Part shown: piece after piece, positions 18,849 through 26,786 of the stretch
Position numbering within the stretch: position 1 is the stretch's first letter
Layout: each line of letters opens with the position of its first letter
DNA from: Candidatus Micrarchaeota archaeon
GTDB lineage: Archaea > Micrarchaeota > Micrarchaeia > Micrarchaeales > CABMGC01
Reading direction: 5' to 3'
DNA length: 64,000 nt
Assembly: GCA_027365725.1 (NCBI GenBank)
Contig: DAHXMA010000011.1
Coordinates: forward strand, 3,591-67,590
Notes under the pieces: generated by a model
The model's database searches: none
The model's input: the letters and a program-made list of their open reading frames with translations, nothing else
What the model was told of the DNA's origin: nothing
Translations under genes and position numbers: made by a program

Positions 18849-19310
18849 TCAATCTGGGACAGAATCTACAAACATATGTCCAGGATACTCTTCGCACAGG
18901 AGGTTTCTTAGCCTAACGATTGCCAAGAATGCGTCTGTGTCTGAATGAAGGCGCTCGGCAGTTTTGTACCCGATATATTTGCCGCTTATTGCAGACAATA
19001 AAACGACCATATATGCCATTTTGCGGCTGCTGGCGCCGAGAAGCTTCTGAAGAACAAGGATTGTTACCTTTTGACTAAGGTCAAGCGCCGGTTTCCTGCC
19101 AGGCCTTCTTGCGCGCGCGGCGTCAGACGAAGCCTTGTCTATAAGCGGTTTTATCTTGAGCATGGCCAGCTTCATCTGGTGCGCCCTCCTTTGGTGATAT
19201 GTGCGCCAGTCCGCCCTCTTTGATGCAGAATTGCCAGACAATAGCTCTGAACGGATTATGGCTTCTATTTCTTCAAGTAGCTTTTTCATTTTGCGTTCTG
19301 TGGATTCCAT
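18849..19310 (-). mobile_element. transposase N-terminal fragment (IS5/IS1182 DUF772-like), probable IS remnant
   Basis: RPGRKPALDLSQKVTILVLQKLLGASSRKMAYMVVLLS resembles the GRP-x-x-D...LL...S-x-R HTH module at the N-terminus of IS5-type transposases. The ORF stops at 153 aa and no DDE domain follows. Confidence 0.4.
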
Positions 19311-19390
19311 GATATGTTATATTGGCAAAATTATATTTTGCTTTGGTATTGTTTGATATACCTTGATTCACCTGACTGGCCAAACTAAAC

Positions 19391-21028
19391 TTACATTGAG
19401 GCGCGGCTGCGCCATAGCCAGACAAGTACAAATGCTATCACCACAACAGCTGCTACTGCAGCTATCTCAAGTGGCACGCTATCTTGGCTGCCCTGAGCCT
19501 TCGCCTGTGGAGCAACAGTTGTGGTTGCATTTGCCTTTGGCTTGGGCAGAGCGGTTGTAGTAGAAATCGTTGAACGCAGCGTTGACGGAGTGGTGTTTAG
19601 GGCCTGCTGGGGTGTAAGGATTTGTATGCTGTATGTGGTTGTATTTACTCCCTCGGATATATCGTCTACTGATGCTTTGTAAATGCCGGGAGGGAGGCAT
19701 GAAGAAGCGCCTGGTTTAGGGCACATTGTATATGAGACAGTGCCTGTGTTATTTGAGACTCTTGTGCCATTGATTAGTACGCTTATCTGATCGCTATAAT
19801 ACGGAGCCGATCCGTTAATTGTGATGGGCTCACCTTCAACTGCCTGGATTGCTGATAATTCTATCTTTGGGGCTGCCCTATGCACGGTTATGGTGAGGTT
19901 TGGGGCATATAGTTTTTCCACGCTGTCGTATGCAGATACGTTGTTAACTCCGACTGGAAGGCACGGGGTAGACTGCACCGCGCTGCATATCGTATATGAT
20001 ACATGGCCTGAGCCTGAGGCAACCTGGGATCCGTCTATTGATATGTCTATGCTGTCGTTTGGATTCGGCGCATAGGCATTTATTGTATCTAGCAGGCCGT
20101 ATGTTATGTTTAGGTGCGATATGTCCAGGGTGGCTATTGCAGGTGTTATTGTTAGGTTCTGCTTTGAAGAGTTGACGTTTTCAGTTCCGTCATACGCATA
20201 AACGATATAGTTTGATGGGGATATGCACTGCTGGCTTGAGGATCCGCATATTGTATATGAAACATTGCCTGTTCCGCTGGCTATGTCTGTTGAGTTTAGT
20301 ACTATGCTTATGGCATCTGTGGAGAGCGGAGCGCTTGCCGTTATATTATCCCGGTATCCGTACTGTATGCTCTGATATTGGATATTTAGTTTAGGCAGCA
20401 CCGGAGTTATGGTAATGCTCTTGTTGTATTTCGCGCCAACACCTTCTGATGAATCGAAAACCGTTACGTTGTATAGCCCTGCAGGGAAGCACTGCTGCCC
20501 CATTGAAGCATTTCCGCAGATGGTGTATGTAGTTACTCCCTGGCCTGATACGACCTGCGCCCCGTCAACCAATATCGACATTGTATCATTATAGAACCCA
20601 GGATATGCTGTTATTATGTCGGTGCTGCCGTATTCCAGCGTGCTGTATTGTACGGACAGGGTAGGGTACGTAGGGTTTATTACAAGGTTTTCCTCGGACG
20701 TTGCGCCAGTTGTATTGTCTATTGCGGTTATTGCGTATGTACCAGGGACGAGGCAGGGGCCGCTTGTGCATATGGTATAGTTTGCGCTGAACTTGCGCGG
20801 GCCTGCTACAAGGTTGCTGTTTATATAAAGCGTTACCAGATCGGATGGAGTAGAAGCTGTTGCGGTTATTTTGTCATTCTGGCCATAGGTTCCTGGGTTT
20901 GAGGCAATTGTTATGGTAGGTGGAGAGGACGATGCAAAGGCTATCCCCGGGGCGGTTGATATGAGAAGGGCCAGCATGAGCATCGAGAATATTGCGATCT
21001 CATTTTTAATAGTCATTGATTCGGGCAT
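19391..21028 (-). CDS. surface protein with five tandem ~88-aa Cys-pair repeats, Thr-rich stalk and C-terminal TM anchor
   Basis: Signal-like N-terminus. There are five repeats of the pattern ITITP..P.L.....YG..D.I.A......D.ISI...G..VASG.G.VSYTIC.....C.P..Y.V.A.D. A Thr/Pro/Ala/Lys linker follows, then LEIAAVAAVVVIAFVLVWLW-RSR. Many N-x-S/T sequons. Confidence 0.75.
   Translation of the reverse strand: MPESMTIKNEIAIFSMLMLALLISTAPGIAFASSSPPTITIASNPGTYGQNDKITATASTPSDLVTLYINSNLVAGPRKFSANYTICTSGPCLVPGTYAITAIDNTTGATSEENLVINPTYPTLSVQYSTLEYGSTDIITAYPGFYNDTMSILVDGAQVVSGQGVTTYTICGNASMGQQCFPAGLYNVTVFDSSEGVGAKYNKSITITPVLPKLNIQYQSIQYGYRDNITASAPLSTDAISIVLNSTDIASGTGNVSYTICGSSSQQCISPSNYIVYAYDGTENVNSSKQNLTITPAIATLDISHLNITYGLLDTINAYAPNPNDSIDISIDGSQVASGSGHVSYTICSAVQSTPCLPVGVNNVSAYDSVEKLYAPNLTITVHRAAPKIELSAIQAVEGEPITINGSAPYYSDQISVLINGTRVSNNTGTVSYTMCPKPGASSCLPPGIYKASVDDISEGVNTTTYSIQILTPQQALNTTPSTLRSTISTTTALPKPKANATTTVAPQAKAQGSQDSVPLEIAAVAAVVVIAFVLVWLWRSRASM
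19628..20923 (-). repeat. five tandem in-frame coding repeats (period about 84-90 codons)
   Basis: Cys pairs at aa 87/92, 171/180, 261/268, 348/356 and 436/444 of the 545-aa protein. Repeats are diverged at nucleotide level. Confidence 0.7.
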
Positions 21029-21101
21029 TGCAGACTTAGCTCAATTAAATATTAAAATGGTTTGCATTATAAAACCCAGCGACATAGCATGTCCAGCTTA
21101 A

Positions 21102-22259
21102 TTATTGGCTTAGGAAATTTATGAATGCACCAACGGTCCAGGCCTGCGGATCGCAAGGCCTTATGCGCATGTCGCTAGGCTTTATCAGATCGCCTTTGAA
21201 TGAGACCCCGAAGAACTCCGCAGAGGACATAGTCTCTCGATATATTCTAAGTGTGCTTTCCCTTAGCAGTTCGTACTCCTTCTTGTATGAATCCCTGAGC
21301 CCTTGGGCGATTATCCAGTTGTCATGCGGCCAGACAGAGCCTAGCTGGTAGGATCTTTCGTCAAAATCTGGTTCTGATGAAGAATGGGTGCGTATGCCAT
21401 ACCTTGTGAGCATTTCTGGGCTGAAGAGCTTTTTTACCACTGCGTCGGCCTTTTCCTTGTCCAGTATTCCGGTGAATAGGAGGTGACCTGGATTGCTTGT
21501 TATCTCAGATATCTTAGATCCGTCTCCACCTATTGCAAGGTGAAAGAAGCCGCTTTCCCTGTTCCAAAACTCCGAGTCAAATTTTTCCTTTAGCTTTGCA
21601 GCTGCATCCTGCATGCTGCTTGACAAGGATCTGCCTAATTCATTGCCCATGACCATAGGCAGCATTGTAAAAGCGCAATAAGTATATCCCTGTACTTCAA
21701 CGGGCGCTACGGGTCCTTTGAGGTCGTCCATTAATTTGCCTATGCCATCTTTCCAGCTTTCTGTTAGCAAACCCTGTCCTTCTGGTGGTTTGTCGTACCT
21801 AGCAAGTCCTCCGCGTATGCTTTCCATTGTCCATTCTGCAGCGCTTGCGATGCTCTTTCCAAGGAGCTCTATCGTTGAAATGTCGCCAGTCTGGTTCAAG
21901 TATTTCCCAGCCAAAATCAGGAAAAGTGGGGTAGAATCGGCTGAGAAGTAGTATGGGGTGTCTAAGCGCCACCAGGATATGTCCTTCTTTAGCAGCGCAA
22001 CTGATTTTTCTTCGCAGTATTCGTGTATTATCATGCCGTTATCTGCCTGCAGCCTAGCCAGCTCGATTAAAGTGTTTTTTGCAATGCGCGGATCTTGGCC
22101 TAGGAGCTGCCATGCAGATATTATTGCGTCCCTCCCAAACAGCTCCTTGAAATGAGGCAATCCTGCATACAAGTATCCTTTAGGGCTTAAAAGCGAGGCT
22201 AAATCTGATTGAAGCTTTTGGGGGATTACTGCGCCATTTTGTTTTAATTTAAGGGCCAT
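21102..22259 (-). CDS. amylo-alpha-1,6-glucosidase / glycogen-debranching-enzyme C-terminal-like (six-hairpin glycosidase)
   Basis: HFKELFGRDAIISAWQLL, YFSADSTPLFLIL and LGSVWPHDNW are typical of the GDE_C family. Confidence 0.7.
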   Translation of the reverse strand: MALKLKQNGAVIPQKLQSDLASLLSPKGYLYAGLPHFKELFGRDAIISAWQLLGQDPRIAKNTLIELARLQADNGMIIHEYCEEKSVALLKKDISWWRLDTPYYFSADSTPLFLILAGKYLNQTGDISTIELLGKSIASAAEWTMESIRGGLARYDKPPEGQGLLTESWKDGIGKLMDDLKGPVAPVEVQGYTYCAFTMLPMVMGNELGRSLSSSMQDAAAKLKEKFDSEFWNRESGFFHLAIGGDGSKISEITSNPGHLLFTGILDKEKADAVVKKLFSPEMLTRYGIRTHSSSEPDFDERSYQLGSVWPHDNWIIAQGLRDSYKKEYELLRESTLRIYRETMSSAEFFGVSFKGDLIKPSDMRIRPCDPQAWTVGAFINFLSQ

Positions 22260-22394
22260 TACTAAACCTGCAATTTATCCCGTTTTGCAGCAATCTTATT
22301 AAAGTTTTTGTTGAAGAGGCGCTCTGGAAAAGGCCCGTGCCTGGCAGGATTTTTGCGGAGAAGGTTTAAATATAAAAGGCATGCCCATAGTAGC

Positions 22395-24839
22395 ATGGAA
22401 TTTGAACGCATCAGGGCACATTTGAAAAGGGACAATGCACAATCAAAAGCACAGGATGTCGCAGCCTCGGGCCGTGGGGCGGATGCGGGGTATGCACGTG
22501 CGAATGGCATAGCTTATGCAGCTGATTCACTGGCCTTCAAGACGTTGGGAAGGAAAATCGCAAAGACAAGGATATCTGAAACTGAGGCCGTAGCGCTTGA
22601 GGCGGGGGACGTAAGCATAGAGCGCGGATATTTCGACGGGCGCCCCAAGTGGGATGAGATGCGCTCGCTTCCGGCGGCAAAACTGTCTGATGAAGAGAGG
22701 TTATTCATAGATGGACAGGTAAGCACGCTTGCATCTAGGGTGAATCCTGTAGAGATAAACAAGCTAAAGGACCTGCCGCCTGATGTGTGGAACACGATAA
22801 GAAAGAGCAACATTCTAGGAGCAATAATAGAAAAGAAATATGGCGGGCTGGGATTCTCGCCGACGGCCCACTCGGAAATGCTAATAAAGCTTGGGTCCAT
22901 GAGCACTGCTGCAGTAGTTTCGGTTATGGTTCCGAACTCGCTTGGACCCGGAGAGCTTCTGATGAGATACGGGACAGAGGCACAAAAGGACAAGTGGCTT
23001 CCAAGGCTTGCTGATGGTACAGATATACCGTGCTTCGCACTTACATCTATAACAGGAGGCTCTGATGCAACAGGGGGAATGATTAACAGCGGGACTGTGT
23101 TCAGGGGAGATGACGGCAGGCTGAAAGTGCGCATGGATATATCGAATAGGTACATAACACTTGCGCCTGTGGCTACGCTTGCAGGAATTGCATTTAAATT
23201 AAAGGACCCAAAAAATCTCCTGGGAAAGGGGCCTGAACCTGGAATAACAATTGCAATAGTTCCGCGCGACACGCCAAACCTTATTATGGGGCCAAGGCAC
23301 AACCCGATGGATGTGCCGTTCCAAAACGGAACCATACGAGGAAGGAACGTTGTCATAGACATTGAAGAAAACATAATAGGCGGGGGGCAGCAGGTTGGAA
23401 ATGGATGGAAGATGCTCATGGAAAGCCTGTCTGTGGGCAGGTCTATATCGCTGCCTGGGCTTTCTACAACTGCAGGCAAAGTTGCGTCGCAGTACGTGGG
23501 CTCTTACGCGCGGATAAGGAGGCAGTTCAATACGGAGATAAGCAACTTCCAGGGAGTGGATGAGGCCCTTGCAAGGATAGCGGGTTATACATACATAATG
23601 GACTCGGCGCGCAGGACCACTCTGCAGATGCTTGAGGACGGGAAGAAGCCGACGATACCATCCGCAATAATCAAGTACCACCTTACGGAAATGATGAGGA
23701 AGGTGTGCAACGACGGGATGGACATACTCGCAGGCTCAGGGGTGATGAACGGGCCTAGGAATGTGCTTGCAGATCTTTACAAAGCTGCGCCAATAGCAAT
23801 AACGGTCGAGGGTGCTAACATAATGACGCGCACGTTCATAATATTCGGCCAAGGGCTGATGAGGGCGCATCCAAACCTTTACCCGATGATAAAGGCGGCA
23901 AAGGAAGAGGACAGTGCAGAATTCGGGAGGCTATTTAGGAAACATGTAGGGGATATGACAAGATACTTCGTTTCAAGCGAGCTTGGAATAGGCAGCAACG
24001 CAGGCATTCCTGAAGGCGTACCTAAGGAAATCAAGAAATATTACCGGCAGATAAACAGGCTTAGCGCAGGGTTTGCCTTCTCAGCAGCAGTCATATCGGG
24101 AATCTACCAGGACAAGCTTAAATCTGAGGAGGACATAAGCAAGAGGCTGGGCGACGTCCTAAGCAACCTTTATCTTGCGACTTCGGTGCTCAACCGCTTC
24201 GAGCAGGATGGAATGCAGAAGGGCGACCTGCCCCTCGTGCACTGGTCTTGCCAGCACCTTATCCACAACGTCGACAATGCTTTCAGGGACCTGATGGATA
24301 ATTTTCCAAGCAGGCCGGTTGCCTGGCTCCTTAAAGATGCAGTCCTTTCGCGCAGATCCAGGTACAAGGGACCTGATGACCGGCTGGGCAGGGAAGTGGC
24401 AAGGATACTTACAAGCCCAAGCGAAACTAAGGAGCGGCTGACGGCAGGAATATACCGGCCAAGGCCCGGAGAGACATTTGTCTATGCCAAGCCAGACGGG
24501 TCGATTGCTGATACCGGGATGATAAAGCCGCAGGCGATGCTTGAGGATACGCTTCCGTTCGCTATAGCTTCTGAGCCGGTGGAGATGAAGCTTGCAAAGG
24601 TGGTGAGGGCCGCCGAGAGAGCGAAAATGGGTGGCAGCGCCGATAATGGCTCTAAGGTCGCTGCGCTTGTGAACAGTGGCAAGGCAGACAATCGCGGCGC
24701 GCTTCTGAGCGCAGCGCTTGCGGATGGAATATTAAGCAGGGATGAATTCGACCTGCTAAGGCTTGTAGACAACATGCGCAACGAAGTGCTGCAAGTAGAC
24801 ACATTCACGCAGAATATGACGCTGCTTCATAGGAAATGA
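22395..24839 (+). CDS. fadE: large FadE-type acyl-CoA dehydrogenase (with DUF1974-like C-terminal region)
   Basis: ISETEAVALEAGDV, YGGLGFS, VPNSLGPGELLMRYGTEAQKDKWLPRLADGTDIPCFALTSITGGSDATG align closely by eye with E. coli FadE. 814 aa from ATG 22395. Confidence 0.8.
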   Translation: MEFERIRAHLKRDNAQSKAQDVAASGRGADAGYARANGIAYAADSLAFKTLGRKIAKTRISETEAVALEAGDVSIERGYFDGRPKWDEMRSLPAAKLSDEERLFIDGQVSTLASRVNPVEINKLKDLPPDVWNTIRKSNILGAIIEKKYGGLGFSPTAHSEMLIKLGSMSTAAVVSVMVPNSLGPGELLMRYGTEAQKDKWLPRLADGTDIPCFALTSITGGSDATGGMINSGTVFRGDDGRLKVRMDISNRYITLAPVATLAGIAFKLKDPKNLLGKGPEPGITIAIVPRDTPNLIMGPRHNPMDVPFQNGTIRGRNVVIDIEENIIGGGQQVGNGWKMLMESLSVGRSISLPGLSTTAGKVASQYVGSYARIRRQFNTEISNFQGVDEALARIAGYTYIMDSARRTTLQMLEDGKKPTIPSAIIKYHLTEMMRKVCNDGMDILAGSGVMNGPRNVLADLYKAAPIAITVEGANIMTRTFIIFGQGLMRAHPNLYPMIKAAKEEDSAEFGRLFRKHVGDMTRYFVSSELGIGSNAGIPEGVPKEIKKYYRQINRLSAGFAFSAAVISGIYQDKLKSEEDISKRLGDVLSNLYLATSVLNRFEQDGMQKGDLPLVHWSCQHLIHNVDNAFRDLMDNFPSRPVAWLLKDAVLSRRSRYKGPDDRLGREVARILTSPSETKERLTAGIYRPRPGETFVYAKPDGSIADTGMIKPQAMLEDTLPFAIASEPVEMKLAKVVRAAERAKMGGSADNGSKVAALVNSGKADNRGALLSAALADGILSRDEFDLLRLVDNMRNEVLQVDTFTQNMTLLHRK

Positions 24840-24911
24840 ACACGGACATTTGCCTCGCTTGGGCAGGCGGCGCTTATGGAGTTCATATTTGCAAGCAAAG
24901 GATATAGAGGT

Positions 24912-25406
24912 TCAGTCTAAAAACCTGATGTAGATTCTGCGGTACTGCAACAGAACCGACACAATCAAGATGGCAATTATTGCAAAGTACACGTATAGAA
25001 GCGGAGAGGCGGCATTTCCCTTTGCGCTGGAGCCTATACTTATTGCTAGGATCAAGCTCAACAGGCCCAGGAAGGCTATCACCAATGCATGAACAGTGAA
25101 TATCATGCTGAATGCGATGCTCTTGTTATTTGTGCCTTTGCGCTCTTTTATGCGGTAGAATAATGATGGCAGGTTCATCAGGTATGGATATTTCTCAAAT
25201 AGAGTATACCTATATCTTATTACCAGGAGCAGCAGCGCTGAAACGCATGTGAATATGAGCGGAACTATAAACAGTACTGCTTTGCCGCTGATCCCAAAAT
25301 AATAGATGCCTACGAACCATGAAAAAAGGACAAGCAGCAGCCCGGCTGCGATCAGGGCCTTGGCCATGCCTTCAAGCCCATATCTCTTAAGAGATCTGAC
25401 GGCCAT
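24912..25406 (-). CDS. 4-TM membrane protein, unknown family
   Basis: 164 aa with four clear hydrophobic helices. Confidence 0.55.
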   Translation of the reverse strand: MAVRSLKRYGLEGMAKALIAAGLLLVLFSWFVGIYYFGISGKAVLFIVPLIFTCVSALLLLVIRYRYTLFEKYPYLMNLPSLFYRIKERKGTNNKSIAFSMIFTVHALVIAFLGLLSLILAISIGSSAKGNAASPLLYVYFAIIAILIVSVLLQYRRIYIRFLD

Positions 25407-25465
25407 AACTGTATTGCTATGAAAATATGCTTATTAATGTGTGCATAGCCAACGCATCTTTCTGG

Positions 25466-26084
25466 TCATGGCGTTTTGAGCAGATGCACAGGTATGGCGC
25501 TTGCTGCAACGAATACTGCCAGAAGGCTGCCGAATATTATGGCTATTAGGAATGCGACTACCAGTACCACCCACCATACAGACCTGTTCCTGACACCGGA
25601 AGTCGCCCTATCAAACATTATCGTCATTGGATAGCTCAGCACTCCGGCCAGGCCGAATAAAGAATACAGGCCGAGAAGCGCGATCGGCACTGTGGTAAGC
25701 CCGATATTGTACCCCACGATACCATAGTAGATGGTGACTAGTCCTATCAGCAGGCCGAAGAATCCTACATGCTGTGTGTCAAGATCGGAACGCATCGCCC
25801 ATGAAAGGCTTATGAACAGGAGTCCCATTAGCGTATATACATCATAGAAGATAGAAGAGTATGTTAAAGCTTCCTGGCAGCGGCCACGTGAGCTGCCCAT
25901 AAAGACCTGTCACAAAAGCGTATATTCCAAGCACGGTTAGTGGCAGAGCGCCTGCCTTGAAATTGCTGTGGTGTTTCCTGCCGCTCTTGTACAAAAGCAT
26001 TTACCGGATGGTTATGCTGGCAACCAGCAATCCTATGAACCCAAGTACGAACAGCTGGCTTGTCAAAAGGTCTATGAAAGTCAT
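25466..26084 (-). pseudogene. disrupted polytopic membrane-protein gene (in-frame TAA plus 7-bp tandem duplication frameshift)
   Basis: Three collinear minus-strand pieces. Piece 1 is 26084-26004 (MTFIDLLTSQLFVLGFIGLLVASITIR), followed by TAA at 26003-26001. Piece 2 is 26000-25845 (MLLYKSGRKHH...LTWPLPGSFNILFYLL), followed by TGA. Piece 3 is the track ORF 25900-25466 in another frame. ATAGAAG is duplicated in tandem at 25844-25850 and 25851-25857. Deleting one copy fuses pieces 2 and 3 as ...GSFNILFYDVYTLMGLLF... Confidence 0.65.
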
Positions 26085-26650
26085 TCCAACACCATTTAAT
26101 ACAGTAAATGCCTAAATTTATAGCCTCGCAGCAGATTGCAGGTTATTGTGTTGTGGAAATTATCTATTGTTTGTCAAGGAAAGATAATGCCTAGTAAATG
26201 ACAATGCTTGCGGATGCGCACCTAGTTACGAGCACCTAACCACACCGCTTCCGGCCTGACGGCCGGATTCTTATGACGTTCTGGCTGGTGCTCCCTCTCC
26301 AGCCGGGCCAGTAGTATAGTGCTATTACTATATATGCCAGCTACACGGAATAATACGCAACGTCCAAAAATAGGGGTTATTATACTTTGAACGTGATGTA
26401 TAATCAAAGTGAAAAACATGGCAAAGAAAACAACACATAAGAAAAGTGCAAAGGGGCACAAGAAATCAGGCAGGAAAAGGTAACGGTTTAAGGACTGCCA
26501 ATGCATATGCAATAAATGCAGCACAATCGGGCCGTGCAAAATACACGGCTTGCATATGCAAAAGATTTATTCCTTTAAATTCCCGCGCATTTTATAATTT
26601 GTAACAATTAATAGCCCACGAAGTGGACGGGCTTTTATATTGAATAGAAT

Positions 26651-26722
26651 AGCCCCGAGAGGGGATCGAACCCCCGACCTCTTGTTTACGAAACAAGCGC
26701 TCTACCACTGAGCTAACGGGGC
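26651..26722 (-). tRNA. tRNA-Thr (CGU)
   Basis: Reverse complement is GCCCCGTTAGCTCAGTGGTAGAGCGCTTGTTTCGTAAACAAGAGGTCGGGGGTTCGATCCCCTCTCGGGGCT. D arm GCTC/GAGC, anticodon arm CTTGT-TTCGTAA-ACAAG, T loop TTCGATC. No CCA. Confidence 0.85.
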
Positions 26723-26786
26723 GCTGGTGCTGGTAAATTATAAATAAGTATCATAAGATATAAACTTAACTAACTGATGTTTACCT

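Noticed and set aside
19628-20923. Tandem repeats considered as a possible CRISPR or satellite array
   Set aside because: The repeats are about 260 nt long, in-frame and diverged, and they encode protein domains. There is no short direct-repeat/spacer architecture anywhere in the window.
22514-23479. 321-aa minus-strand ORF
   Set aside because: Antisense to the FadE-like gene, with low-complexity Ser/Pro-rich sequence.
26221-26330. Possible SRP (7S) RNA: the minus strand has GGCCCGG...GGGAGCA and CAGGCCGGAAGCGG, reminiscent of SRP helix 8
   Set aside because: The motifs are in the wrong order and spacing. No GNAR-tetraloop helix 8 with flanking symmetric/asymmetric loops, helix 5 or an Alu domain could be drawn. 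Kept only as part of the generic structured-gap finding.
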